Source: Syntrophales bacterium (GTDB lineage: Bacteria > Desulfobacterota > Syntrophia > Syntrophales > UBA2210). From it: a DNA stretch of 64,000 nt. This document shows positions 8,880-19,605 of the stretch, piece after piece. Location of the stretch: assembly GCA_963666365.2 (NCBI GenBank), contig CAXXNF010000002.1, forward strand, positions 1,888,001-1,952,000, read 5' to 3'. The position numbers and the translations under genes are program-made. Below the pieces are notes generated by a model that was given only the letters and a program-made list of their open reading frames with translations, was not told the DNA's origin and did not search any database. Each line of letters begins with the position of its first letter. The first letter of the stretch is position 1.

Positions 8880-11800
8880 ATGTTATCGAAGTTTTTCTTG
8901 AAGCGACCGGTTTTCGCCTGGGTTATCGCCATTATTATCATGGCGGCGGGTGGACTCGCCATCCACAATCTCCCCATTTCTCAGTATCCTCCCATTGGAC
9001 CGCCCACCATCGCCCTCTCTGCCTCCTACCCGGGCGCCTCGGCGGAAACCATTGAAAACAGCGTCACCCAGATCATAGAGCAGAAAATGACCGGTTTCGA
9101 AAATCTGCTCTATCTCTCGTCAACCAGCGATTCGGCGGGTACCTGCCGGATCGAGCTGACCTTCCGGGCCGGCACCGATCCGGACATTGCCTGGACGCAG
9201 GTACAGAATAAACTCCAGCTCGCCATGTCGAGCCTGCCCGAAGTGGTGCAGAAGCAGGGGGTGAACGTCCGTAAATCCACAAGGAATTACCTGCTGTTCG
9301 TGGGGCTTATTTCGGCGGACGGAAGTATGGACGGCAAAGACTTGAGGGACTATGCAAAATCCAATCTGGAGAGCGTACTGGCCAGGGTACCGGGCGTAGG
9401 CGAAGTGGAGGTCTTCGGCGCCGGTTACGCCATGCGCATCTGGTTCGACCCCGACAAATTGACCGCCTACGGTCTGACCGTGCAGGAAGTAATCACCGCA
9501 CTCGAAGCCTATAACGCCGAGGTTTCCGCCGGGCAGTTCGGAGGTACGCCGGCCGTAGAAGGCCAACGCCTGAACGCCACCATCGTTGTGCAGAATATGC
9601 TCAAAATGCCCGAAGAATTTGCTGCGGTTCCCATCCGTATTAATCCCGATGGGTCCATCGTACGGATCAGCGATATAGGCTGGACGGAACTGGGAACCGA
9701 GTATTACGATGTCGAGACCAGCTATAACGGAATGCCCGTCGCCGGCATCGCCATCCGTCAGGCAGCGGGCGCCAATGCACTAGATGCGGCCGATGCCGTC
9801 AAGGCGAAGATGAAGGAGATGGCGCCATTTCTGCCGCCGGGGATGAAGGCCGTCTATCCCCATGACACCACCCCCTTTATCAGGGTCGCCATCGACGAGG
9901 TGGTGAAGACCCTCATCGAGGCGATTATTCTGGTCTTTTTGGTGATGTGGCTTTTCCTCGGCAACATGCGGGCCACACTCATTCCGACCATCGCCGTCCC
10001 GGTAGTGATCCTTGGAACCTTTGCGATGCTGTCCTTTTTCGGCTTTTCAATCAACATGCTCACCATGTTCGCCATGGTGCTGGCCATCGGTCTTTTGGTG
10101 GATGACGCCATCGTGGTGGTGGAAAATGTGGAACGCATCATGGCGGAAGAGGGGCTACCCCCCAAGGAGGCAACGGCTAAGTCAATGGAGCAGATCACCA
10201 GTGCGCTCATCGGCATCGGACTGGTACTCTCGGCGGTCTTCGGCCCCATGGCATTTTTTCCCGGCTCCACTGGTGTCATCTATCGTCAGTTTTCCATCAC
10301 CATCATCGCCGCCATGCTTCTTTCGGTGGTGGTGGCATTGATCCTGACACCGGTCCTCTGCGCCTCACTGCTCAAACCGGTGCGTGCGGGGCACGAACCG
10401 TCGGAAAACGCGGTCTTTTTCCTGCGCCCCTTTTTCCGGCTCTTTGATCGTCTCTTCTTCGGACTGAGAGATGCCTACGTACGATTCGTCGGTCATTCCC
10501 TTTCCAGAACAGTTCGCTATATACTCGTGTTCCTGGCAATCGTCGCAGCCATGGGGATTCTCTTTTTGCGCATGCCCACCTCCTACCTGCCCGATGAAGA
10601 TCAGGGCTCGCTGTTCGCGCAGGTAATGCTCCCGAGCGGCTCTACGCTGGAGCAGACCATTGCGGTTTCAAGGCAGCTTGAACACTATTTCAACACAGAG
10701 GAAAAAGAGGTGATAGAGTCCACCTTCATGCTGTCCGGCTATGGGTTTTCCGGAAGGGCGCAGAATAACGGCATGGTGTTCATCAAGTTGAAAGACTGGA
10801 ATCTCAGGACCCGGGAAGATCAGAAAGTGAAGGCTGTTGCCGAAAGGGCCATGAAGCACCTTTCGAATATCCGCGGGGCAAGAATCTTTGTCTTTCCGCC
10901 TCCCGCCGTTGCCGAATTGGGAAGCGCCAAGGGATTTGATTTTCAGCTCCTTGACCGGGGCGGTCTCGGCCACAAGGAACTCATGGAGGCGCAATACCAG
11001 CTTCTTGACATCGCCGCCGGTGACCCCAGAATAACCTCAGTCCGCCCGAACAGTATGGAGGATGTCGCTGAATACCGTATCGACGTGGACTGGGAAAAGG
11101 CAGGTGCCCTTGGGGTGCCCATCACCGCGATCCATCGAACCATCTCGGCGTCCTTCGGAAGCGCCTACATCAATGATTTCGTTCAGGGAGGACGGGTCAA
11201 GAAGGTGTATGTACAGGCCGATGCCCCCTACCGCATGCTTCCCAAGGACCTGGAAAAACTCTATGTCCGAAACAGGGAAGGCAAAATGGTCCCTTTTTCC
11301 TCTTTTGCCTCATGCCGCTGGACTTCCGGATCACCCAGGCTCGCCCGTTTTAACGGCTTTCCCTCCATCAACATATGGGGAGAACCGGCACCGGGAAGAA
11401 GCTCGGGCGAGGCCATGCAGGCCATGGAAGAGGCAGTCCGGAAACTGCCCCGGGGCATCGGCTTCGACTGGTCAGGACTCTCCTACCAGGAAAAAATAGC
11501 CAGTACCCAGGCGCCGCTGCTCTATGCATTTTCCATATTTGTAATCTTTCTCTGTCTGGCTGCGCTGTATGAAAGCTGGACCATCCCTGTTTCCATTCTG
11601 ATCGTCCTTCCTCTGGGCGTAATCGGCGGCATTATCGCCACGAGCATGCGCGGACTGTCAAACGATGTCTATTTTCAGATCGGTCTTCTGACTACCCTGG
11701 GCCTTGCCACGAAAAACGCCATACTGATCGTTCAGTTTGCCAAAGACGGACTGGAAAAGGGTATGAGCCTTGTTGATGCCACACTGGAAGGAGCGAAGTT

Positions 11801-12050
11801 GAGATTCCGTCCTATCGTCATGACCTCGCTCGCCTTCGGTTTCGGCGTCCTTCCTCTCGCACTGACCAGCGGCGCGGGCGCCGGCGCGCAGAACGCCATC
11901 GGCACCAGCGTCCTGGGGGGCATGATCACCGCCACCGTGCTCATCGTTATTTTCGCTCCCCTCTTTTTTGTGCTGGTTGAAAGATTCTTCGGAAGAAAAG
12001 GCAGGCATGCCGCATCCGATGCGCCTGATATCACATTACCGGAGGATTGA
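8880..12050 (+). CDS. RND efflux permease, HAE1 family (AcrB/MexB-like)
   Basis: 1056 aa. RPVFAWVIAI, GLLVDDAIVVVENVER, KNAILIV, RFRPIVMTSLAF. Confidence 0.97.
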   Translation: MLSKFFLKRPVFAWVIAIIIMAAGGLAIHNLPISQYPPIGPPTIALSASYPGASAETIENSVTQIIEQKMTGFENLLYLSSTSDSAGTCRIELTFRAGTDPDIAWTQVQNKLQLAMSSLPEVVQKQGVNVRKSTRNYLLFVGLISADGSMDGKDLRDYAKSNLESVLARVPGVGEVEVFGAGYAMRIWFDPDKLTAYGLTVQEVITALEAYNAEVSAGQFGGTPAVEGQRLNATIVVQNMLKMPEEFAAVPIRINPDGSIVRISDIGWTELGTEYYDVETSYNGMPVAGIAIRQAAGANALDAADAVKAKMKEMAPFLPPGMKAVYPHDTTPFIRVAIDEVVKTLIEAIILVFLVMWLFLGNMRATLIPTIAVPVVILGTFAMLSFFGFSINMLTMFAMVLAIGLLVDDAIVVVENVERIMAEEGLPPKEATAKSMEQITSALIGIGLVLSAVFGPMAFFPGSTGVIYRQFSITIIAAMLLSVVVALILTPVLCASLLKPVRAGHEPSENAVFFLRPFFRLFDRLFFGLRDAYVRFVGHSLSRTVRYILVFLAIVAAMGILFLRMPTSYLPDEDQGSLFAQVMLPSGSTLEQTIAVSRQLEHYFNTEEKEVIESTFMLSGYGFSGRAQNNGMVFIKLKDWNLRTREDQKVKAVAERAMKHLSNIRGARIFVFPPPAVAELGSAKGFDFQLLDRGGLGHKELMEAQYQLLDIAAGDPRITSVRPNSMEDVAEYRIDVDWEKAGALGVPITAIHRTISASFGSAYINDFVQGGRVKKVYVQADAPYRMLPKDLEKLYVRNREGKMVPFSSFASCRWTSGSPRLARFNGFPSINIWGEPAPGRSSGEAMQAMEEAVRKLPRGIGFDWSGLSYQEKIASTQAPLLYAFSIFVIFLCLAALYESWTIPVSILIVLPLGVIGGIIATSMRGLSNDVYFQIGLLTTLGLATKNAILIVQFAKDGLEKGMSLVDATLEGAKLRFRPIVMTSLAFGFGVLPLALTSGAGAGAQNAIGTSVLGGMITATVLIVIFAPLFFVLVERFFGRKGRHAASDAPDITLPED

Positions 12051-12054
12051 TAAT

Positions 12055-13461
12055 ATGAATAGAATCCTGTTCCTCATGCCCTTCATGCTGGGCATCGTCC
12101 TGTGCGCCTGTTCCCTGGCCCCCGAGTATACGCGGCCTGCGGCGCCCGTCCCTGAAAACTGGCCCACCGGCAAGGCGTACAGGGATGTGCAAACCGCCGC
12201 CGCGACAGATGTGGAGTTACAGTGGAAGGAATGCTTTACCGACATAAGGCTTCAGCAGATCATTGAAACGGCGCTGAAGAATAATCGAGACCTGCGCATT
12301 GCCGCTCTGAATGCAAGGAAGGTTCGCGCCCTTTGCGGGATTCAGCGGGCCGAACTGTTTCCCACGATCAACACGACCGGCGGCATGGTAAAAGAGCGGA
12401 TTCCCGCTGATCTCTCCTCCTCAGGAAAATCAATGACGGCGGAACAGTACAGCGTCTCTCTGGGCATCGCGTCCTGGGAAATCGATTTCTTCGGCCGCAT
12501 CCGCAGTTTGGAAGATCGGGCCTTGCAGGAATACCTCGCCACGGAACAGGCGCGCCGGAGCGTACACATTTCGCTGATCTCCGGTATCGTCAATGCATAC
12601 CTGACTCTTGCAGCGGATCGGGCAAACCTTCAATTAGCACGGTTTACCCTGGAGGCTCAACAGGCCTCGTATACCCTTATCAGGAAACGTTTTGAGGCAG
12701 GGTTTGCCACCGAATTGGACCTCCGCCGGGCACAGACACAGGTTGACACGGCGCGAGGCAATGTGGCCCGTTATACCCAATTGACAGCACTGGACCGGAA
12801 TGCCCTGGATCTTTTGATAGGCGCTCCCGTTTCCGAGGAACTTCTTCCCGCAGACTTGAACAGTGTGACCTCCCCAAAGGATATTTCCCCCGGACTCTCT
12901 TCCGAGGTGCTGCTGAATCGACCTGACATTATGGCGGCGGAGCACCGGCTCAAGGGGGCCTACGCCTACATAGGCGCCGCCCGGGCGGCATTCTTCCCGC
13001 GCATTTCTCTTACCTCATCGATCGGAACGGCGAGTGCGGAACTGTCCGATCTCTTCGGTGCGGGCTCCGCGACCTGGAGCTTTGTGCCCCGGATTTCGAT
13101 ACCGATTTTTGACGCCCGCACCTGGGCGGCGTTACGGGTCAGCAAAGCGGATCGGGAGATCATCCTGACACAGTATGAAAAGACCATACAAGTCGCCTTC
13201 AGAGAAGTTGCCGACGCCCTTGCCATACGCGGCACGGTAGACCAGCGCTTAGCAGCCCAGCAATCGCTGGTTGATGCGGTTTCGGAGACGTACCGCCTCT
13301 CCAATAAGCGTTATACCATGGGGGTAGACAGCTATCTGGGCGTCCTCGATGCGCAGCGCATGCTTTACGCAGCCCAGGAGGGATTGATCGCGCTTCAGCT
13401 GGCGCGGCTTGTCAATCGGGTAGCTCTCTATAACGTCCTTGGGGGTAGCCGAGAACAGTAG
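12055..13461 (+). CDS. Outer membrane factor lipoprotein (OprM/NodT family)
   Basis: Signal peptide with ACSLAP, NNRDLR, WEIDFFGR, RPDIMAAEH, LYNVLGG. ATG at 12055 chosen. Confidence 0.93.
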   Translation: MNRILFLMPFMLGIVLCACSLAPEYTRPAAPVPENWPTGKAYRDVQTAAATDVELQWKECFTDIRLQQIIETALKNNRDLRIAALNARKVRALCGIQRAELFPTINTTGGMVKERIPADLSSSGKSMTAEQYSVSLGIASWEIDFFGRIRSLEDRALQEYLATEQARRSVHISLISGIVNAYLTLAADRANLQLARFTLEAQQASYTLIRKRFEAGFATELDLRRAQTQVDTARGNVARYTQLTALDRNALDLLIGAPVSEELLPADLNSVTSPKDISPGLSSEVLLNRPDIMAAEHRLKGAYAYIGAARAAFFPRISLTSSIGTASAELSDLFGAGSATWSFVPRISIPIFDARTWAALRVSKADREIILTQYEKTIQVAFREVADALAIRGTVDQRLAAQQSLVDAVSETYRLSNKRYTMGVDSYLGVLDAQRMLYAAQEGLIALQLARLVNRVALYNVLGGSREQ

Positions 13462-13651
13462 TTTCATTGCGCACGGCGAAGGAAACAACTCTTTGGACTT
13501 TGGAACTTGCCCGACCTTTACAAACTCATGCAGCTGGTCTATTATTTTTCACTTTCTTCACAACAGGCAATAAGGTACGTATAGATTTACGCATGTCCCA
13601 CCGCCGCATTGATCCGGCTACAAAAAGGGGGAACGACAAGGGCTGGAAACT

Positions 13652-14719
13652 ATGAAGAAAACCTTCGCTACATCTATGATTTCGACAATCCTCTGTGCGA
13701 CGCTTGCATGGACGGCTCAGGCTGCAGCGGCTGGCCGAGATCCGTCTAATGTGGTGGTTGCGAAGATAACCCGGGGCACAATCGCACCTGAAAACACCTT
13801 TATCGGCACCGTCTATTATCCGGAGGTTTCCGATGTTGCTGCAGAGGTAGAGGGAAGGGTGGAAACCGTCACCTTCGACGAAGGCCGGTTTTTGACCAAG
13901 GGCGCCATACTGGTGCAGATGGACTCGAGTCTCCTTCAGAAAACCATCCAATCCAAAAAGGCTTCCCACGAACAGGTACTCGTGGACCTGACACGGGCGA
14001 CCAAAGACCTGGAACGAACGAAAAATCTCTATGAACGAAAAATTGTTGCGGAAAAGGACCTCGATGATCAGATCTACACGGTGCAGGGACTGGAAAAAAA
14101 AGCGGCTTCCCTCAAGGCAGATGTGGAGTGCCTGGAAATAGAGCTGGCAAAAAAAACTATCAGGGCGCCTTTTAACGGAATTGTGATAAAAAAGACAACA
14201 GCCACCGGCGAGTGGCTTTCACCGGGATCCACTGTTGCCACAATCGCGAAGAACGGCGCCTTCGATGTTATTGTCTCCGTTCCCGAGGATATTCTTCCCT
14301 ATCTTGAGAAGGAAATGAAGGTGCAGGTAACGGCCGGAGGCGTGAAAACAATGGGAACAATTATCGCCGTTATCCCGAAAGGGGATATTGCGACACGCAC
14401 CTTTCCGGTAAAAATCCGCGTTACCCAGGCACCCTCGCTGATGGAAGGAATGGAGGCGCGTGTCAAGCTCCCCGCGGCCCGAAGCGCACAGGCCTATTTC
14501 GTCCCCCGCGATGCCGTCCTTACTGTGTCCGACACGACGCATCTCGTGGCCATAGTGGATGGAAAGGCCGCGTTAATAAAGGTTCGCGTTGTCGGATATC
14601 AGGGAATGATGGCGGGAGTTGAAGCAGAGGGAGTCAAAGATGGCATGAAAGTGGTGGTCAAGGGAAATGAGCGCCTTAAAGAAGGAGATCCCGTTACCGT
14701 CATAAAGGAAATTGAATAG
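13652..14719 (+). CDS. RND efflux periplasmic adaptor (second system)
   Basis: Signal peptide, lipoyl-like halves (VAAEVEGRV, IRAPFNGIV), ATRTFPVK. Confidence 0.9.
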   Translation: MKKTFATSMISTILCATLAWTAQAAAAGRDPSNVVVAKITRGTIAPENTFIGTVYYPEVSDVAAEVEGRVETVTFDEGRFLTKGAILVQMDSSLLQKTIQSKKASHEQVLVDLTRATKDLERTKNLYERKIVAEKDLDDQIYTVQGLEKKAASLKADVECLEIELAKKTIRAPFNGIVIKKTTATGEWLSPGSTVATIAKNGAFDVIVSVPEDILPYLEKEMKVQVTAGGVKTMGTIIAVIPKGDIATRTFPVKIRVTQAPSLMEGMEARVKLPAARSAQAYFVPRDAVLTVSDTTHLVAIVDGKAALIKVRVVGYQGMMAGVEAEGVKDGMKVVVKGNERLKEGDPVTVIKEIE

Positions 14720-14721
14720 TC

Positions 14722-17700
14722 ATGGATCCTGTAAAATTTTCAATAAGAGAATCCGTAAAGGTTGCCGTGACGGTTCTTGCTATCCTTCTTTTCGGTTTTA
14801 TAGGACTCTCCCGCATGCCCTATCAGCTAAGCCCCGATCTTACGGTTCCCCTGATTACCGTAAGAACTGCATGGGACGGCGCCACCCCCTATGAGGTTGA
14901 ACGGGAGATTATAGAAGAGCAGGAAAAGGTATTCAAAGGCATTCCCAATCTGGAAGAGATGGAAAGCCAATCGTCCAATAGCCGGGGTTCGGTGACTCTT
15001 AAATTTAAACTGGGAACCGACATCAATGATGCGCTTCTCCGCGTTTCCAACAAGTTAAACGAAGTGAAATCCTACCCTGAAAATGTAGAACGACCCGTTA
15101 TCAGCGCCACCGGAGAATCGACGTCGCCGGTGATATGGATGGCCCTTCTTGCCGAAGATGACAACCCGAGATCCATTTACGAATACCGCACCTATTTCGA
15201 AAACGAGATCAAGCAATATCTGGAACGGGTTGAAGGGGTGGCCGATCTGTATATCGGAGGGGGAACGGAAGAACAGATGCATGTCATCGTCGATCCCCAC
15301 AAGCTTGCCGCATACAAGTTGACCATCGGGAACATCGCCACGCTGCTCGGCGCCGAGAACATGAACGTGTCTGCAGGCAATCTCTATCTCGGGAGAAGGG
15401 ACTTCAGAATCAGGACCGTGTCGGAGCTTCAATCTGCGGAGGAACTGAGACACCTCGTGATCACATCGACCGGCCAGGAGCGCATCACCCTTTCCGATGT
15501 GGCGGAAGTCCGACCGGGCTATCAGAAGAGGACCTGGGCCTCTCTGCAAAACAATAAAGAAAGTATCAGTGTAGGGGTGAGACCGCAATCGGGGGTCAAC
15601 ATTCTTGCACTTACCGACCGCATAGAAAAAACCGTCCGTCAGCTCAATACGGAAAAACTGAAACCGGTGGGGATACATCTGCACTGGTCCTATGACCAGC
15701 GTCCCTATATCAAGAGCGCCATCGGACTGGTTCAAAAGAACATCATGATCGGCGGAGCTCTCGCGGTCATTGTGTTACTTATCTTTCTGCGAAGTTTTCT
15801 TTCCACCCTCATTGTCGCAACGGCTCTTCCCATAAGCGTGATCGGATGCTTTTTCTTCCTCAATCTTTTCGGACGCACCCTCAATGTGGTTTCTCTCGCA
15901 GGGATTTCTTTCGCCATCGGCATGCTTCTTGACAGCGCCATCGTCGTGCTTGAAAATATCGATCGCCACAGAAAAATGGGGAAATCATCCTTCGATGCCG
16001 CCTACGAAGGGACGAAAGAGGTATGGGGCGCTATACTGGCTTCGTCTTTGACAACGGTTGCCGTCTTTCTTCCCGTTGTCTTCATTGAGGAAGAAGCGGG
16101 GCAACTTTTCCGCGATATCGCCATCGCGGTGACCTGTGCCGTAGTACTGAGTCTCTTTGTCTCCATTTCCGTTATTCCCGCCTATGCACACAAGCTCTTC
16201 GCGCTTACAAAACAGGACAGCGGCAATAAAAAGGGCGGAATCGCCCCTCTGGGTTTATCGCTCGTCAATGCAATCATGACCCTCGTTGAATGGTCGCTCA
16301 AAAACTGGCTCACCCGGATAAGCACAATTCTTGTCTTGACCCTCTGTTCCATTCTGATCGCCCTCTTTCTGACGCCTAAAATGGAATATTTACCGCAGGG
16401 CAACAGAAATTATGTGTTCAATCTTCTCGTACCGCCGCCGGGACTTTCCTATGAAGAACGACGAAATATCGGTAAAACGATCTTCAGGGAAATCGGCCCC
16501 TATGCGGGAAAGGAGGAATATGAGGGATTCCCGGGCATAAGAAATGCTTTTTACATAGGCGCCGATCGCTTTGTCTTTTGCGGCGCCATCAGCACCCAGG
16601 AGGAACGGGCAGGAGAGCTTGTACCGCTTTTTTCGAAAATAATCAACAGTATTCCCGGTGTCTTCGGCGTCAGCAGCCAGGGAGGCATATTCCAAACCCG
16701 TCTCGGCGGAGGGCGTACCATCGACGTCGATGTCAGCGGCAAGGAATTGGAGGATATTGTCAAGGCAGCAGGCACGCTCTTGGGAATGATAAAGGAAACG
16801 ATTCCCGATTCCCAGGTCAGGCCGAAACCACCAATCGAAATTCTTTATCCTGAGATTAATTTTATTCCCTACCGCGACCGGCTTCGGGCATCGGGCATGA
16901 GCGCCGGCGATCTTGGCGTGAACCTCGACGTACTCCTTGATGGAAGAAAGGTGAGCGAGTTCAAAAGGGAAGGTCAGAAAAAAATTGACCTCGTTCTCAA
17001 GGGGTCGGATATAGAATTTCATGTCCCGGAGGAACTGTATCATGCCCTTCTGGCCACCCCGGAGGGGAAGGTGGTTCCCGTATCATCGCTGGCGGATATG
17101 AAAAGAACCACCGGAGTCACAGAGATACGGCACCTCGAACGACAGCGCACCATCACTCTCCAGGTGACACCCCCAAAGGCGATATCGCTGGAAGAAGCAA
17201 TGGACCGCATCAACGACCGGGTGATCCCTGAGGCCGGCGCGCAGGGGCTGCTCAAGGACATCAACGTCACCATGAGCGGCGAGGCCGACAAACTCACCCA
17301 GACAAGAAAGGCGCTTCAATGGGATTTTCTCCTGGCGGCGGTTATTATCTACTTGCTGATGGCGGGCCTTTTCAGCAATTTCATCTATCCCCTGGTGATA
17401 CTCTTCACGCTGCCCCTGGCAGCTGCCGGTGGGTTTATAGGACTGCGCCTGGTGAATCTTTTCATTCTCCCCCAGCCGCTGGATATCCTTACTATGCTCG
17501 GATTTGTCATACTCATAGGAGTGGTGGTGAATAATGCGATCCTCATCGTCTACCAGTCTCTCAACAATATTCGATACGGCGGGATGCCCTATCGCGAGGC
17601 CGTTCTTGACGCGACGCGCACCCGACTCAGGCCCATATACATGACCACCTTCACCAGTATCTTCGGCATGCTTCCTCTGGTAGTGTCACCGGGAGCAGGT

Positions 17701-17817
17701 TCGGAAATATACCGTGGGCTCGGCAGCGTCATTCTGGGAGGACTTGCATTATCATCCCTCTTCGTGATATTCATCATCCCCTCTCTGCTCATGTTTTTTA
17801 TAAAGATGGAAAAATAG
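14722..17817 (+). CDS. RND efflux permease (second system)
   Basis: 1031 aa. GMLLDSAIVVLENI, GVVVNNAILIV, RLRPIYMT. Confidence 0.95.
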   Translation: MDPVKFSIRESVKVAVTVLAILLFGFIGLSRMPYQLSPDLTVPLITVRTAWDGATPYEVEREIIEEQEKVFKGIPNLEEMESQSSNSRGSVTLKFKLGTDINDALLRVSNKLNEVKSYPENVERPVISATGESTSPVIWMALLAEDDNPRSIYEYRTYFENEIKQYLERVEGVADLYIGGGTEEQMHVIVDPHKLAAYKLTIGNIATLLGAENMNVSAGNLYLGRRDFRIRTVSELQSAEELRHLVITSTGQERITLSDVAEVRPGYQKRTWASLQNNKESISVGVRPQSGVNILALTDRIEKTVRQLNTEKLKPVGIHLHWSYDQRPYIKSAIGLVQKNIMIGGALAVIVLLIFLRSFLSTLIVATALPISVIGCFFFLNLFGRTLNVVSLAGISFAIGMLLDSAIVVLENIDRHRKMGKSSFDAAYEGTKEVWGAILASSLTTVAVFLPVVFIEEEAGQLFRDIAIAVTCAVVLSLFVSISVIPAYAHKLFALTKQDSGNKKGGIAPLGLSLVNAIMTLVEWSLKNWLTRISTILVLTLCSILIALFLTPKMEYLPQGNRNYVFNLLVPPPGLSYEERRNIGKTIFREIGPYAGKEEYEGFPGIRNAFYIGADRFVFCGAISTQEERAGELVPLFSKIINSIPGVFGVSSQGGIFQTRLGGGRTIDVDVSGKELEDIVKAAGTLLGMIKETIPDSQVRPKPPIEILYPEINFIPYRDRLRASGMSAGDLGVNLDVLLDGRKVSEFKREGQKKIDLVLKGSDIEFHVPEELYHALLATPEGKVVPVSSLADMKRTTGVTEIRHLERQRTITLQVTPPKAISLEEAMDRINDRVIPEAGAQGLLKDINVTMSGEADKLTQTRKALQWDFLLAAVIIYLLMAGLFSNFIYPLVILFTLPLAAAGGFIGLRLVNLFILPQPLDILTMLGFVILIGVVVNNAILIVYQSLNNIRYGGMPYREAVLDATRTRLRPIYMTTFTSIFGMLPLVVSPGAGSEIYRGLGSVILGGLALSSLFVIFIIPSLLMFFIKMEK

Positions 17818-17831
17818 AAGGAGGTTTGTGA

Positions 17832-18797
17832 ATGAACATAGTTGAAATTACTCTTGATAATCTCAATGTTGACGCTTTCATCGAAGAGAAGGCCCGTGAA
17901 ATTTCATCAACCGTCGGCAACGGGTATGCCGTAAACGCGCTCTCCGGGGGAGTTGATTCGGCGGTGGTAACCATGCTTGGCCACAAAGCCCTCGGCAACC
18001 GTTTAAAATCATATTTTATCGACAGCGGCCTCATGCGGGAGGGCGAACCCCGGCAGATCGTCGACTGGTTTGCGGAACTGGGCATAATCGTGGAAATCGT
18101 GGATGCTCAAAAAGATTTTTTTGACGCCCTCAAAGGGAAAACGGACCCGGAAGAAAAACGGGAGGCCATTACACAAACCTTCTACAAACAGGTCTTCGGT
18201 GAACTTGTCAGAAAGAGCAATGCGAAATATCTCCTCCAGGGCACGAATTTTACCGACATAGAGGAAACAGTGGCAGGGGTAAAACGACAGCATAATATCT
18301 TAGAGCAATTGGGCATAGATCCGCAGGAACATTTCGGATACAAAGTCCTGGAACCGCTTATTGAAGTGAGAAAACCGGCCATACGACTTATAGGAAAGGC
18401 TGCAGGTCTGCAGAAGGAGATATACTCGCGTCCGCCCTTCCCCGGTCCCGCCCTGGCGGCCCGGGTTATCGGCGAGGTCACACCGGAACGGGTGGCTTTG
18501 GTACGAGCGGCAACAGTCATTGTGGAAGAAACACTTTCGCACTCCGGGGCATTCCAGTATCTCGCCATTTTACATGAGGAACGGGTAACGGGAGTACGGG
18601 ACGGCAAAAGGGATTTCGGCCTTCAGATCGAGATACGGTGCTGGGACAGTGAGGACGCCCTCACCGCCTCGCCCACAAGGCTCCCCTATGAAACGCTCGA
18701 ACAGATGGCTGACGAGATAGTAACGGCGGTTCCCGGTGTGGTCAGCGTCACCTACAATATTACGAGAAAGCCGCCCTCCACAATCGAACCCGTCTGA
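17832..18797 (+). CDS. GMP synthase ATP-pyrophosphatase-like subunit lacking the glutaminase domain
   Basis: PP-loop ALSGGVDS, DPEEKR, LLQGT, PFPGPALAAR and C-terminal KPPSTIE. Only 321 aa. Confidence 0.88.
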   Translation: MNIVEITLDNLNVDAFIEEKAREISSTVGNGYAVNALSGGVDSAVVTMLGHKALGNRLKSYFIDSGLMREGEPRQIVDWFAELGIIVEIVDAQKDFFDALKGKTDPEEKREAITQTFYKQVFGELVRKSNAKYLLQGTNFTDIEETVAGVKRQHNILEQLGIDPQEHFGYKVLEPLIEVRKPAIRLIGKAAGLQKEIYSRPPFPGPALAARVIGEVTPERVALVRAATVIVEETLSHSGAFQYLAILHEERVTGVRDGKRDFGLQIEIRCWDSEDALTASPTRLPYETLEQMADEIVTAVPGVVSVTYNITRKPPSTIEPV

Positions 18798-18939
18798 TCC
18801 GTTTGAAACAACCGTGAGGGAAATGCACGCGCAAAATGACGCTGCCCGCACACATTCATTGTTCTTATGCAGGCGCCTTTGAGTGATAATTGAAAGAATA
18901 CGCAACTTCAGCACACACAGTATTGATTAGGAGGCAGTT

Positions 18940-19527
18940 ATGGGAAAGGAAACAGCGATGGTAATTCAGGATACGACGGCAAATCCGGCCCCTCTCGGAT
19001 TGATGGGCTTCGGCATGACCACGGTGTTGTTAAACATCCACAATGCCGGTTTTTTTCCATTGGACACAATGATTCTCGCCATGGGAATCTTTTACGGCGG
19101 TCTGGCCCAGGTTATTGCGGGAATCATGGAGTGGAAAAAGAATAACACCTTTGGCACAACGGCGTTCACTTCTTACGGTCTCTTCTGGCTGACCCTGGTG
19201 TTTCTTCTGTTGATGCCTAAGTTCGGATGGTGGAACGGCGCGACAGCAGGTGCAATGGCGGTGTACCTTTTTATGTGGGGACTTTTCACCTTGTTTATGT
19301 TCATCGGCACATTAAAACTGAACAGGGCGCTTCAGTTCGTGTTTTTCACCCTGACAGTGTTGTTCTTTCTCCTGGCTATCGGCGACGCCACGGGCAGCAC
19401 GGCGGTCACCCATCTGGCTGGTTACGAAGGAATCATTTGCGGATTATCGGCAATCTATGCCGCCATGGCCCAGGTCTTAAACGAGGTATACGGCAAGGTC
19501 GTGATGCCGATTGGACCGGTAAAATAG
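18940..19527 (+). CDS. satP: Acetate/succinate channel, GPR1/FUN34/YaaH family
   Basis: Signature [15 protein letters not shown], six hydrophobic segments, AGGAGG RBS. Confidence 0.93.
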   Translation: MGKETAMVIQDTTANPAPLGLMGFGMTTVLLNIHNAGFFPLDTMILAMGIFYGGLAQVIAGIMEWKKNNTFGTTAFTSYGLFWLTLVFLLLMPKFGWWNGATAGAMAVYLFMWGLFTLFMFIGTLKLNRALQFVFFTLTVLFFLLAIGDATGSTAVTHLAGYEGIICGLSAIYAAMAQVLNEVYGKVVMPIGPVK

Positions 19528-19605
19528 GATATCAGAACCGCTGCAAGGGGATGCAGGATTGAAGTTGCGTATATCTTTACCCTTATTTTCCTGTATGTCG
19601 TCGTC

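Noticed and set aside
18798..18939. Purine or other riboswitch between the GMP-synthase-like gene and satP/ade
   Set aside because: No recognisable aptamer consensus or convincing stems.
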